Below the pieces are notes generated by a model. The model did not search any database, had not been told where the DNA came from, and worked only from the letters and a program-made list of their open reading frames with translations. The translations under genes and the position numbers were made by a program. Shown piece after piece: positions 1 through 13,439 of a DNA stretch of 64,000 nt. Position 1 is the stretch's first letter, and every line of letters begins with the position of its first letter. The DNA is from Ramazzottius varieornatus (lineage: Eukaryota > Animalia > Tardigrada), in contig BDGG01000001.1 of NCBI GenBank assembly GCA_001949185.1, positions 386,128 to 450,127 on the forward strand, given 5' to 3'.

Positions 1-382
1 ATACTACAGCATGTCCAAAGTTCTCGCATTTCGATGTACATGTGGCGAAAACATTTATACAGGTTGAGACTGTGAAGAGGTAGGTAGGTCGTGTCTGTAA
101 GGGTTGAACAAACATTATTCAGCGTGCTCAAGAGTGTATTAGGACAATTAACAGTTACGACCCGTGATCTGTCATATATAGTTTACGGAAGGGAGTATGT
201 CTTGCCAATAGCGCACCCTGCCGAGGAAGCGCTTTGGTCGTACACTGACGGTCTGCGTGAGATAAATTTCAAATATGATGATACGAAGTGGGGGTTCAAT
301 AAGTTCTTAAGCCACATGCCACCTGAAAGTGCTGTTTTCGAGAGCACGCTTTCAAAAGATAGACCATCTCTTCTAACCACTA

Positions 383-700
383 CGAGGGAAAGGTTGTAAA
401 GTTAGCCGCCCCATACCGGGTTTGTAAAGTTAGCCGTCCAAGTTCGCCTGTTTTCTACTACTCGATCCCAAACTTTTAAGGATAGATCGAAAGATAAAAT
501 AATGAGCTGTCGAATGGTAATAGGCAGAGTCAACACGAGAAGTCAGAGAATCCAAGAGATCCGCAATTAAAAGAACGTTGAAATCTCATGTTAAACAGCC
601 AAGACTGACAATCAAATAGTCAATCAAGCGATAGGCGCCACAGCCGTGGCTAGCTTTACAAACCCAGTATGGGGTGGCTAAGTTTACAACCTTTACCTCG
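383..700. mobile_element. MITE, Tc1/mariner-type (TA target duplication)
   Basis: TA|CGAGGGAAAGGTTGTAAAGTTAGCC at the left and GGCTAAGTTTACAACCTTTACCTCG|TA at the right; imperfect TIR of about 55 bp. Confidence 0.8.
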
Positions 701-2907
701 TATCCCCAAAAGATGAGGTACCTGGCACTCGCACAGAATGAGAAATAATCTTTTGAAAAGATGCGAAAAACTGTTTTTCGACTTACCTCGTAAACTCGCG
801 CATTTTGTGATGTTATTCTTACGTTATCCGCGCCGATGCTGGAAATGTTGTTTCTCGGATATCTGGGACAGATGATTTTCTAGCGCTTCGACAAAAAGCA
901 ACTAGAGTGTAAAGGATAATACAGAATAAACAATAACCTTCGTCAGGAATGGAAACGTGTCGGAGAACAGAAAAGTTTGCAAAATCCGGCTGGCGATCAA
1001 GTTGCGCACCAGCTGGTTTTACCCCGTTTTGCGGCATTTGCTTTTGGTGCGGAAACAAAAGTTTTTCTCGAGCCTTGACACCGGCCAGGCTTAACTTCCT
1101 TCTGCCAAAACTAGGCATTGGTCATCCATCTTTCATCCAGGGCTGAAATCAAACTCAAACGTACAGTGGGGAAGAAACTACATAATTTCTTCTAGAACGT
1201 GGAAGCGGAGCCCTTAGAAAACTTCCCTTCCTATACCCCTACAAATGTTTTCAACGAATGACTGCCCAACCTAGGCTGTAATTTTCGAGTGTTTCCCATA
1301 AGCTGCTTTCGCTTTATGCAGAAAGTTGCCGAGATCGAACGACCACAATATTTCTGGTGAACGCAGCTTTGAACTTATGGACCCCCCCCCCCTCCATGGA
1401 CTTTGAGAGTTTAGTATATGTGCAACCCTTCATTATGTTAATGACCAACCAAATGAACAAGCCATATGAACTATAATTACACATTGGCCAAACTTTAATT
1501 CGACCCAGAACGATGTCCATCTTGGCGTCGATCGACTGTGAATGTTTCCGTCGACACACATCCTACATTATGACTTTCGGGGCCCACCACGAATTCTGGC
1601 CTCTAATGGCCATACGTCATTATGCCTTTTGGGCGTTTCGCATTCTGGCACAATCGCCTTTTGGCATAACGTTTTGATCAACTCATCCTTTTGGCAAGTT
1701 CGCCTTCCAGACACGAAGATCACCTTTTGGACATGTACGCTTCTAGACATTAAGCTATTTGGCACTTATAACTTTTGTTGGCGGTGAACGGAGTACGTTT
1801 GAGGGTAACACGATTGCTCTCTCAGCTGAGACTATCGGTGTGCTGTGGTAACGCCGTTCCACTTCAATTTCCGGTGGTGAAAAGGCAAGTAGGTTGGAAG
1901 GGCTCTTTTCAAAACAAGTAATTGAGGAGGAAGGCGACACGCCTAAAACGCCAAAAGCCTAAAAGGTGAAAATGTCAAAAGACGAAGCCGAAAATTGTAT
2001 TTGCCTGGAGGAGCAATGAAGCTATACGCTACTACCACCAGCTATTGATAAATGCACGCTTGAAGGCAGGAAAGCAGACTATAGATGCCGTTGGTCGGAA
2101 CATCGAAACGCCGACTCTTAAAATCGTTTTAGCTTTGGGATAACACACCCTACTAGTCTGTCATCTCTTGAAATTTTGTCAACGCTATTTGGACAATTAC
2201 GCTAACGTCTGACCGGTTCTTGTCCTGTTACTGTATGGCGCCCCCCGCCCCCCATCATACAGCGTTTTCGAAGACCCGCTTTATGACTTTGGCTTGTCGG
2301 TAATGACCAGTGGGCAACGAGGCAGTATTCACATTACGATCAAAACGCACGCACTTTCTTCTTTTTCCTTCACCTCAACTTTCCCTACCTCTCTGTCCCC
2401 TTGTCTATGTCAGAGGCAACATCAGTCGGCGAAAACTTCTGTGGGAATTGAGTGGCAAGGTGTCAGTACACCTCCCAGCAAACACGAACTTTGAATTCGC
2501 CTTGTAAAGCTTTCGCCTTTTGCACGTTTGACCTGCTGGGTACTTTACCTTCCTACCCTATCATGTTTTTAGAAGGAGAGGTCTAACTCTTTAAGCATCG
2601 CCAGATTGGTTTTCTGTGTTCTCTAAGATGCAGCTGTGGCTGAAAAATTCAGAGAAAATTGGGGTGGAAACGGAAACACTTTGGGTGTGAGCAGAGGAAA
2701 CAACCTGTTTACCCTCGTGCTTACTGCGTCCTTTGTTGAAAAAGGATTGAGCGCCAAAAGGTCTATTGGCTAAGAAGATGGATGCGCAAAAGTTGAATCT
2801 CGTGTCTCAGAAGGCAAACTGGTCTAAACTTGAAACGTTCGAGGATCAAAAGATTTTGCTCAACTGCGCTTGTGCTAAAAGGTGGAATGCCTGGAAACAT
2901 ACTGGTA

Positions 2908-3089
2908 AACGCTCGAAGGGAAAGTTTGGAACAGTGCAAAGTTTGGAAACAAGCGATTCCGAAACAGCGGAACGTAAGTTCGTACGTACGTGTACAATTC
3001 ATACCAACGCACTTTTTGACAGTTTTCTACGGTTGAATTCTCAATTCTGCGGTCTTTTCCGTCTGTTCCAGACTTTCCCTTCTAGAGTG
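2908..3089. mobile_element. MITE family B, copy 1 (CAC..GTG termini, TA flanks)
   Basis: CGAAGGGAAAGT...ACTTTCCCTTC TIR; homologous to 26515-26700 and 34363-34548. Confidence 0.75.
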
Positions 3090-4332
3090 TACAGGACCGA
3101 TTGGGTTGGGTCATCGCGATAGGAACCGTGCGCCAACCACTTCCCAGCTTTCTCGCTTTCTCCGTTCTTGAAAGTTATGATAAACTAGCGTTCGATTGTG
3201 AGAAGGGCGATCATTGGACGTGTTGCGTGATGGAATCTGGGAGGCGACAGGGTGTGTGGGGGGGGGGCGTAGCCCCTTTGGTCAGACATGAACCGTATGG
3301 TTCCAACCTGGGGGAAGACCAATGAAGGCGGCTTCCTTCAGAGCAACGCAGATGGCGACGCAGCCTAAGTGCGATGCGGCATGCAATAAGGGAGTGTCAC
3401 CCTTTGTTACAACAAATGGAATGGAGGGTGATGGAGGTGATGGAACCTCCATCACCCTCTATCACCCTCCATCACCAACTGGTGATGGAGGTCGAAGCCC
3501 TTCAACCAGGGTAGGGTCCGAAAGACTTCAGTGCGCGAGATTGTTGAGGGTAGGGACTTCTCATGGGTCCTAGCTCCATGCCCTTGACAATCTCGCCCAC
3601 TGAAGTCTTTCGGACCCCGCGCTGACCCCTGCCTCCAGTAGGATTCAGTTGCTACAGATAACAGGGCTGCAACTCGAAGGTTTGCGATCGTGCTTCGAGC
3701 GCACTTGCCATTTCGCGGCACACTGGCGCAGAGTTTCTTGCGTTTCTTGCGCTTCTTGCCTATTGAAAGTGGGATCCCGCCTTTGACCGTCAAACATGTG
3801 ACGATCTGTTACTTGATCCAAAGTTTTTCCACAAGAAAACGCCCTGGCAATGTTTGGCAAATCCATATCAAGGTGACCCTAACTTCCTTTTGATGTCTGC
3901 ATTTCATAAACATTTTAAAGATACGGTAATATGAACGGAGCGTGATGAAATTTCCGTATATACTAACCAAATTTGTAGTTTCTGTTTGTGCGAATATTTC
4001 GTACGTCGTTACGTCGTTTTCAGAATTTGGGCACCGCTTTGCCTTGGTCAAGTCATTGTTTTGTTCGGTTACCGCTTTGGAACTATACAGATCGATATCT
4101 CGTTATCCAAAAAGTCAGTGAATTTTTAACTCAACAGTTCCTCGAGTGTGTTATTTATCAGGATGACATCATACCAATGTTGCGTTACAGGCCAAATAAT
4201 AAGATTATGGCGGGCAGGAAGTACACCTCGTCAAAGAAGGCTTTGACCGTAAACACCTCCATTTCCCTTATTCAGTCGCATTCAAATCTCGGTTCTTCTG
4301 TGTAACGCGAAACGGATGTGTTGTAAGCAGTC

Positions 4333-6405
4333 ATGGTCGACCGTTCAAAACACGAAATGCCAATGTTTGATCAGTATCCGTGCCTGTAGTCTGTCGTCGT
4401 CGGCGACGGCGGGCTGTTGGCTGGTGCAATCAACCGAGAGATAATGGTTGGCTTGGACCTGGAAGGTAGACAAAATACCGGGGAGGCATTTGCCAACAGT
4501 GATGGGCTTCTTCACCTTCAAGAAGTGCAAGACAGCGGCCTTCCAACCTGTGTGTTGACCCTCAGCAAGGAGCAAAGTGTAGATTATTTATATGGTCCGC
4601 TGACAGTGAAAGAGCTTAGAGTATTACAGGGCGCCAACGTCAAGGAAGTGCGGCTGAGGGGTTACATGCGCATGCTGCTTGTGCGTCGTTACAACAGGCT
4701 TACGCCCGGTACAGACAGTGTCCCAAGAAATTTCTGTGCATTCCTTGGGCTACCCACTGTTCTCTACTAGGGCAAGTTGTCCGTTTGCATTACAACAACG
4801 AGGAGTATAGCGGCGTGGTACGGTGGAAATGCGACCTGCCGGAAAACGTTTACGACATAGAGCCAGAGTGGGCACTGGTTCTGATCCACCTTTCGTCCAA
4901 GTACGCAGGTAGAGGGAGCAATGATGGAGTTATTGACAAACGCCGATACTTTGCCTGCCGAAAGAACTCTGCCATGTTAATCCCCTTGACCTGTGTTATC
5001 ACTGGGAACGGCGATTCTCCACCTTCGCTATTCGGCAAAAGTCCGACAGTCGATGGCATCGAATCAAGTTCAGAAGTGAACCCTAGAGCACTGGAGGAAT
5101 GTTTGGATTGCGTCGACCCCAGCTTATTGAGAGCCCTGAAAAAGTCATATCGACACAGACATATACCAGCTGAACATCTCAAACGTAAACGCAAGGTATA
5201 GTCGCACAAACTACAGTATCACGTTGAAATTGTTGCGATGTGTCGGATGAAACATCTGGAGGTGTAGGAACTGATCAAACAAACTAAAGCCAGGTCTGGT
5301 GCGCAAGCCGTGACACGCGCAAGCTATCCCGTGACATTCATCCCTGTACCCAAAGAGCTCATCCAGGCTTACGGGATGGACAGGTACCAGAGGAACGTGG
5401 CCAGAGTGCAGAAAGTGACGGGCGTCTGTGCTTGCTCTTATGACCCTTAGCGAGACTGGTGTATGCTAGCAGCCCTCCCCGACGTTACCGTCGCAGAGCG
5501 CCAACACCTCCAGCTGGCAACCACTCAAGTCAGCATCCCTGCCCAGCATCTGCACCACTTCCGCAAAGCGGACTTGTTGAAAGGAATGAGCGATATATCT
5601 GCAAGTTCCATCACTTTCGACCAAAGTGTCGACTGTCTGGTATTGACCGGCTTGACCAGCGAGATCAATGCCGCTAAGCTTCTTTCCGACGAGCAGCTTG
5701 TCAACTTTGATCTTGCGCAAAGTGAGAAGAAGGCAAGACCAAATAGAAACAGGAGAAAGAACCATGCAACGAGCTGTAGTAAAGAAAACTTTCGTTCGAT
5801 GACAGACCCATGTTTTGTGGTCCTTCAATAATAGTTGGCTACAGGCAGTGATCTGGGTCAGCAGCCCAACTCGGCCATACTCGATAAAGCTCAAGTGGCC
5901 AAGAAATCAATAGTTGACTGTCAGCCAGAAACAAGTCTTTGTCAATTGGGACATGTAACTGAAGGCGACCCACTTCTGGCTGAAAGCAGCGGCAGTGTAC
6001 TTCAGACGAAAGCTGTCGTTCAGACAGGTGAAGATGCCGCAACCCGCAGCTGCGGTCACGGAGGCTCCCGAAGTCGTCGAACTGGCAGCTAACTTTAAAA
6101 AGCAGCGCCCTTCTTGCGATTCCAAGTCCTGCGCATTTCTTTGAAGGTACGATGACTTGTTTAATCTAGAAACGTTTCAAATCAAGGATTCAGAGCAAAG
6201 GGTTATACGTTGATGGTTTCCTATTTCACAGGAGCAAATTGTCGACTGCGTAGTGTGCATGACCGAGCGACCTTCTGTAGCCTTCATCCCCTGTGGGCAT
6301 CGACACATCTGTCCGGCGTGCGCACAGAAGATTTTTGCAAGCAAGTGCAAGTGGTGTCCGACCTGCCGGGAGAACATCGAATGGTGTTGTCGCATATGGC
6401 TCTGA
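4333..6405 (+). pseudogene. Degenerate multi-exon gene: CAP-Gly + FMR1-like KH domains + C-terminal RING-HC finger
   Basis: CAP-Gly motif GVVRW...GSNDGVIDKRRYFAC (4785-5000); KH-like segment 5268-5710; exon 6232-6405 CVVCMTERPSVAFIPCGHRHICPACAQKIFASKCKWCPTCR; in-frame stops at 4387, 5448 and 5829-5834. Confidence 0.65.
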
Positions 6406-7479
6406 AGGACAAACCTGAATTGCTCCTTGGTGTATAAACCCTGTGTAAAAGATGTCTAGAGGGTGTGCCCTAGGAAATTTATTAGTCGAGACAATCGAGT
6501 CAAAGGCCTCCTCGATGCTCAGAGGAATAAACGGGTACTGTATCTACCATAGGACCTAATCACCTGAGCACTAAGTTACACAAAGAACAATCTTAAACAT
6601 AAGTACGAGGCGCTAGTCCAATCTTTACTCTGGCTATAAATTTGTTCACCATACGTCACGTGCTGTGCGCAGGTATCATAGTCTATGTGACGTAGCCGTG
6701 GGGTGAGCGAGCAAAGTCGTGCGCTGCATAAAGTTAGAATCACCTTCTTACACCAGTTGACTACGGTACACTGTACGACGAAAAATTATAGGACAGTGAA
6801 AATTATGGGACAAGCGGAAATTATGAGACAGCGGAAAGGACTGGGGTCGTCTTCGAGACTCCGGCTAGCGGTTCGAGAGCAACAGGGGCGCCGGAGTGCG
6901 ATACGGAGGGAGGTACAGCCTACTGTTTATGTCCTTACATGGTTAGGGTGTTTGTTTTATGGGACCAAGTTTTTGATGAGTGTTGAATGAAGGAATGTGC
7001 TCCTGGAATTTCGAGCCTCCAGTCTCGAGTGAGGCTCTTGATTAACCCTGGAGTTACTCCAGCCTGCTGCGGTACCATACCTGCGCTCGAGCATCGAGGA
7101 AGGAAACGTCTGATGTTGTCCTTTTGAGTTGTTCCAGTAACATGGAGTTGCTGCCGTCCTGAAAGCGTCTGATTCGTACTGCAATGTCATAAGCATCCCC
7201 CTAAGCCACGTAAAAATTGGTTGCTTCATGGACGTGCCCAAATACTGAATCGAAGCCGTATTGTGGACACAAATATCAATCAAATTCGATGTCGGGTAGG
7301 GGAGTATTTCTGACACTGTACGTAAACAGTGTCCGGCAAACAAATACACGATCGGCTCGCACAGAAGTTACTTCTAGTTCGTTAAGTAACTCGAGTTGCG
7401 GTGATTGCTAGTTTGAGGTAAGAAGCCCCAACACAGTCTTCATCGTGACAAGTCTCGACAGAATTTGCCTGGTCTAAGC

Positions 7480-8200
7480 GTTTTCCTTCTTTGTTTCGAT
7501 AGCTGTGATCGTTCCGCGAGCCATTCTGTCCATGGCTGTGCCAGGTCGCATGCACAGCAACTTCTGCATTCCCGTCTTCATCGCAGGTACCTTACTGGTG
7601 TAGACAATTGTATTCATCAGGCTGTTGAAGTAAAGCAGGTAAAGGAGAAACAGGTAAACTTTGGAAGATCGTCAGCGAGTTGTCGGCAAACATGGCGATA
7701 CTGATTGTCCCATTAGGACACGATGTTAGAAGGAAAGACGCCGTCAGTAGCATCATAGCTCTTCCCTCTTTTGCAGCACGATTCTCTTTCGGTCTCGTGC
7801 TGCTGGCGGCACTTTGAGCGTTAGACGGGTTGGCAGCGATCTTGTTCGTTCGAGCTCTTAATGCGTGGAACACGAAGGCGTAAATGACAACGACGATTAC
7901 CGGCGGAAGGATGTTCTTTGTAAAAGACCAATAAATTTCCCAACCAGGAAATTGGGAAGAATTCCGTACTGCATTGGCCAACTCCGGTGATGCTAATACG
8001 CGTGTACTTATCCACGAACTGTACAGGTCCGTAGAGCAGGATATTGGTGATCCAAGTGAGGATTATCTGGCTGATTACCTTCCTGGAAGCCTCTTCCTGG
8101 TTGTACACAGTGCCACGTGTCATCATGCGGTAACGAGTGACGGCAATGAGGATTACGGGGAAAGCTGCTTCGGATGTGGTGATCCAGTCAAGGAGCTGGA
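7480..8200 (-). pseudogene. 5'-truncated, frameshifted paralogue of the GPCR at 10538-11569
   Basis: LLDWITTSEAA, TRYRMMTRG, NILLYGPVQFVD and VYTSKVPA occur in shifting frames; TM1-2 are missing. Confidence 0.85.
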
Positions 8201-10537
8201 TACCAGTTCCCGTCCGTGGGTTAGTCGATGTAAACTGACGGTGCGCGAACGAGTCGGAATGTTTTGACTGGGAATGAATAGAGCACTCAGGCCAGTATTA
8301 ACTATTATAGTATGGTTGACTTTGTAACAGCCGTTAATTTATGGGGGGAAAAGTGATGGGTCGCTACAAACCTTCGCCGATTCCGAGAGACAGCTAATTT
8401 AGGGAGCATCGGAAAGGTGACATAGAGCTGAGTTGGGGACCAAAGGACCGGAGGAGCGTGAATGGCCGTAACCGATTTTATGCCTGACCGACAGCAGTGT
8501 AGGTTAACTACTGTATACTGTATACAGCAGTAATATCGAAAACGTAGAACAACGGCCTTACCGCCGATTGGAACAGACAGAAAAACCCCGACCCGCTCAA
8601 TCAGGCGCAGGGCTGCCCGCTGCGCGTGTGTTCCGAAGTACAGTATATCAGTGGGTGCCAATAGAAAACAGTCACTTGGCAGGCCGTGCGGGCGAGGAAA
8701 TGACGTCCAAGTAGTGAAGTGCGATTGAACACTGAGTGGTTCCGAGTGGGGGATGATGCAATGCATCTGGTTTCCACTTTGTTGCAACATTATGAGTTTT
8801 GACTAGTGGTTTGTCCGTTCATACTCCGGTCTCAACCAGATACATCCAGATGCACAGGAGGGATCGCCTTGTGGAACTAGTGGAGAATTGGAGCTCGGTT
8901 TGAGAGAAATGACTTCGAAAAGTCATGCGAGGAAATCAGCAGCTGTTCAGAACAAAAATCGACCGAGCAGTGTGGTGGAGGCGTGGTAGCAGAATGACTA
9001 TTTTCTAATGGCATCGAGCTCCGCCCTTTGCGCTTTTGCCCTTAACGGCGCGCCAAGGACAATTTTCTACTCGTAACCATTCCATATGTGTGCTTGTTGC
9101 GCCCCTCGCTACAGAGAATGAGAAGAGATATACACACACTCTAGCGTCGCCGCAGTATGTCTGAACCATTCTAAAACTAGACAAACCTAGGCATTTCCTG
9201 CCCGCAGCACAGTGTCCGGCGAAAGCTGGAGTTGATTAGTTTAATTTAGCTATTGACTGACAGCGCATGTTTCACTACGAGGTAAACGTCATAATTCGCG
9301 CAGGGGTGTTTTTGAGACGGAAATTGGATAACTGATATCTCAGCATCTGTCACGCCTACCCAATCTCTTTTTGCTCCGTAAGACAGAAGAACCTCTCCCC
9401 TAAAGCTTCCAAACGGTTTGAGGAAGAAGAGTGGCAGCAAGTTAGTGGCCGAATTATGACGTTCATCTCGTACAGTCACCCCACACTGCTGACAGCTAAG
9501 GGCAGAATGATTTGTTCGAGTGTCAGATGGGACCTGAGTTGCGTTTTTTTCCCGGCATAAGACGTTATTTGTTGAATATTCGTAAACGTACTTTGTACAT
9601 ACACTCCTACTTTTGTTGGTGTTTATGGTACTCATAAAACAGGTTTGGAGCAAACATGCGACTTTCGGAACCGATCGGTGGTTAGAGATTGGTGGTTTTC
9701 AATTGACAGATAACCGCCCGATCGTGCTTGAACTGACAATTACCCATCCCCTGATAGGCCGATTTCTAGCACGATCCATGTCACAAGGTTGCACACTTTC
9801 GCATCGGAAATCGGCTCGCCATCAATAAGTTAGACTACTTACTCAGTCCTTACTGCTGGATATCGGACCCCGGTACTACACCGATTAGTTTCTGGTCAGA
9901 TGCGCTCGACGGTAGCGATACGATGATAGTGGCTCATCCACGTCATCACAAAATGGGTGGAGAGTGTCTTCATCGTTGTCGTCAAGCTATCGGGCAAAAG
10001 ATCGTCGTTAAATGCTTCACACAACTCTTACATGACCCACCTTGATATTAAAATGTAGGAATTTCGTTTCTCCATCACTTCATGCCGAGCATGACTGGAG
10101 AAACTCTGATAAAAGGCTCAAAGCTAGAACCTAGTCGAAAGGGGCAGAAACTGGGTAAATCAGCCATCTTTACCGTTCCGCCGACCGCAACAAGGCGCAA
10201 CGGACCATGACGTCAGATTGCGCTTACTAGAGGTTTAGCCAACGGAAACGGAGCGGAAGCTATCGCTTTACCGTCAGCAAGCTGTCGTTCAATAATCGCT
10301 GAATACACTTAAGATCACACCGTTTTTCCACGGTGACGGTGTTTAGCGTTATCACATCGCCATCGTCATCGTCGGGCTGCTGCCGACTAGAATCTATTAC
10401 GGCAGGTCTACCGTGCGACTGCCGATTACTAGTAATCGCTCACCACACGTACAGCAAGGGCGCTTGTGGTCGATGACTGGACTGGTGAATAAAGGTCTGC
10501 ATCGTTCCTTGAGATACCGAGAAATCTTGGAGATCGT

Positions 10538-11569
10538 TCAGTCACACCGTTTATTAGTTTCATATCTGGTCTCAACGACAGCCACGGTTCCCGTCCTGGC
10601 CCGGAGAGCACCCAAATAAAAAAGTTTCTTCACACCACATTTCAAAGCGGGAACCTTGCTTGTGTAAACCACGGTGTTTAGTAGACTGTTAAAGTACAGC
10701 AAGTATAGCAAAGATATATACACCCGATGTACACTCAGCGAGTCGACGGCAAACTTCACGACACTGATTATCCCAACCGGACAAGACGTCAGCAGGAAAC
10801 CAGCGGTGAGCAGCATGAGCTCTTTTCCCCTCTTCGCGGCGCGGCTTCCTTTCGTGACTGCAACACTGGGTGCGGTGTTCGCAACCATCCTGATATCCTG
10901 GCGTAAAGCAAGAAACATCATGAGGTAGATTATGATAACGACGACGGGCGGAATAATGTTGTTGGTAACGACCAACAAATTTCCCAACCAGGGAAACTGA
11001 AAGAATTCTGTGTTACATTGTCCGGTCCCAGTTATCCTTACGCCGGTATAAATATCAACAAACTGAACTGGCCCATAGAGAAAAATGTTCACCGCCCAAG
11101 TGAGAAATATCCGGCCCAGAACTTTTCTAGATGTTTCTTCTGTTTGATAAACAGCTCCACGGGTAATCATTCGATAGCGAGTAACAGCAATTAGGATGAC
11201 TGTGGAGGCTGCTTCGGAAGTGGCAATCCAGTCCAGAAGCTTATAAAGCCGACAGAATGCCTGTGGAACCGGCCAACAGCCATACAGGTCAAGAGTGAGC
11301 CGAGAAGGGAGTGCTACGCAAGCGATGACGAGATCACAAAGAGCCAAGTTCAAGAAGTTGTAATGTTGTGCTTTGCGCAAGCTGCTGTTCACAACAAACG
11401 TCAAAAGGATCAGTATGTTCAAAGTGATGGTAAGAACCGTCTGAGGAATCCCCAAGGTAAACACAGCCCAGCGCTGAGAGGAGCTCAAGGAGAATGAGAT
11501 CGGCTCGCAGGCGTCTTTTGTCGAGGTACCGTTGTTTACAACGCTGCCAAAAGTGTCGTTCGTATTCAT
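10538..11569 (-). CDS. Intronless class A GPCR, aminergic-like (histamine/muscarinic-like), 343 aa
   Basis: Seven hydrophobic segments; TM1 LN, TM2 NLALCD, C-W-P loop, TM3 LLDW (Asp3.32 position), N-terminal N-glycosylation sites. Confidence 0.9.
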   Translation of the reverse strand: MNTNDTFGSVVNNGTSTKDACEPISFSLSSSQRWAVFTLGIPQTVLTITLNILILLTFVVNSSLRKAQHYNFLNLALCDLVIACVALPSRLTLDLYGCWPVPQAFCRLYKLLDWIATSEAASTVILIAVTRYRMITRGAVYQTEETSRKVLGRIFLTWAVNIFLYGPVQFVDIYTGVRITGTGQCNTEFFQFPWLGNLLVVTNNIIPPVVVIIIYLMMFLALRQDIRMVANTAPSVAVTKGSRAAKRGKELMLLTAGFLLTSCPVGIISVVKFAVDSLSVHRVYISLLYLLYFNSLLNTVVYTSKVPALKCGVKKLFYLGALRARTGTVAVVETRYETNKRCD

Positions 11570-12112
11570 AGTCCAAAGATAAAACGCGAAACAACACCGA
11601 TGAGAATCTCATGAAAGCGATCTCGCGTTGAAGGAATGGTGGATCAGGATAAAAACACGCTTTCCTGAGTGATGGACCACTGCTACGCCCTTGATAGCAG
11701 AAAGTAATTACGTCGCTGACGATTTGAAAAGACCTACTGTGAAAATCCTTCCTCCCAAGTTAACACGCATCAAAAGCTAAGCTATCGACGAGTTGCCGAT
11801 AAGGTAAAGAAAAATCAGCTGGCTGTACCATCAAGAGAATAAGCAATTTCCTGATTGCTTTTCGATTTCTTTCCTGTTTGCGGCGCAGGAAGTCTTCAAG
11901 CGGGTGACTAGCTGCTTGTACCAGAGACACATATATCGTTCTCCTGCTCGTTCTTTGTTGATCAGTCAGGCCGATCCGCCGTTAATACAAACAATCGACA
12001 ACGTTCTAATATTATAGTGTGCATAATTATTGACAAACTCGCACTACCAGACCAAAAGTAGATGTTACAGTAAGTAGTACGGTGGGATTATGCTGTAATA
12101 CTCTCAAATTAA

Positions 12113-13439
12113 GGTCGGGATCACAACAGGGAGGGAGCACTCTCGTACAGAGAAATTTCTGAGCCGCTGCCCAGATCCCTTCCTAGAGAAATGTTGAGCG
12201 ATCTTCCGACTTCGGTAATCGTTTTGCATGTTTCGATTGACAGGATTTGCTCTTGGTCATCCCGCCATCGGGGATATTTTTCTTGATTGTCCGCACGCTA
12301 CAGACCAACCCGCCCACCGTGGACTTTGGACTCTGACGTCAGTCAACCTGTTTTGAAAGTTTTGTCCCATACTTCCGCGTTTTACATCGGGTACCACAGC
12401 AAGCGCCCAAGCCGTCCGCAGTCTTTACAGGAAAAGTTCTACGTTGTAATAAGGGTTCGGCTAATTTATGGTAATGGGGGATAATTATTTTCTTTGAATC
12501 TACAAAGTATTACGGGCGTGGGACGAATTTCGCAATTAAGCGGGACACGGTAAAAACACTAAAACGGAAGCAAAGCTAGGTCATTGTCATCGTCAAGATC
12601 TTGATCCAGGGGCTCCAGGTCTCCGCCCTCTTCAGCAACGTCCTCATCGGCTTGCTCGTCACCAACTGCCTCAATGCGGTCTTCCTTTGTGTCGATATCC
12701 CAGTAGTCATCCTCAAGCTTGATGCAATGGGCGAAGAGCTTGGAGAAGTCTTCTGGCTCGAAGATATCAGCAGATTCTTCCCACAGCTTGATCAGGTCAG
12801 GCAGCTTGCTGGTGGTGTTTTGCTTGGCGACATACCCTTTGCGGCGAGCCCAGCCTTTTTCAATCGGGTTGAAGTCACAGCGGTAGGGCGGCAGACGAAC
12901 TGTCTCGATGCCTTCTTCGGTCTNNNNNNNNNNNNNNNNNNNNNNNNNNNNNNNNNNNNNNNNNNNNNNNNNNGACACCTTACACCGACTTCCTCCTCCA
13001 CCAATGGCAGTAGAGATTCCACCGTGATGTGTATCTTACTCTTGTACTCCCGGTGAATGATCGCACGAAGACAACAAAGAAGTTGTCTCGACTCTATCGT
13101 TTTCCAACGTGCAGCATGAAGGTCAGATGCCAGAAGGCCGATAAGAATATCGTCTGTGCCGGTACCTTTTACATTTCACGCACGCAACAGATTTCATTTT
13201 TTGCCTGCTGACGTCAGAGTCCAAAGACCACGGTGGGCGGGTTGGTCTGTAGCGTGCGGACAATCAAGAAAAATATCCCCGATGGCGGGATGACCAAGAG
13301 CAAATCCTGTCAATCAAAACATGCAAAACGATTTCCGAAGTCGGAAGATCGCTCAACATTTTCTCTAGGCAGGGATCTGGGCAGCGGCTCAGAAATTTCT
13401 CTGTACGAGAGTGCTCCCCTCCCTGTTGTGATCCCGACC
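12113..13439 (-). mobile_element. IS630/Tc1/mariner-superfamily DNA transposon with ~230-bp TIRs
   Basis: TIRs at 12113-12342 and 13208-13439 are near identical; TTAA on both flanks; contains an N gap. Confidence 0.9.
12559..12921 (-). CDS. C-terminal part of a DDE_3 (Tc1/IS630-like) transposase
   Basis: RLPPYRCDFNPIEKGW...K matches the LPPYSPDLNPIE..W motif; truncated by the gap. Confidence 0.85.
   Translation of the reverse strand, partial: TEEGIETVRLPPYRCDFNPIEKGWARRKGYVAKQNTTSKLPDLIKLWEESADIFEPEDFSKLFAHCIKLEDDYWDIDTKEDRIEAVGDEQADEDVAEEGGDLEPLDQDLDDDNDLALLPF

Noticed and set aside
703-2000. Probable transposon remnants with CCTTTTGG/CCAAAAG subrepeats
   Set aside because: Termini and target duplication could not be defined.
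3418-3492. GTGATGGAGG / CCTCCATCAC mini-palindrome cluster
   Set aside because: Short low-complexity inverted repeats without termini or a second copy.
4333-5834. Stop-codon readthrough or recoding in the CAP-Gly/KH/RING gene
   Set aside because: Both TAG and TAA occur, and neighbouring genes use standard stops; pseudogenisation is simpler.
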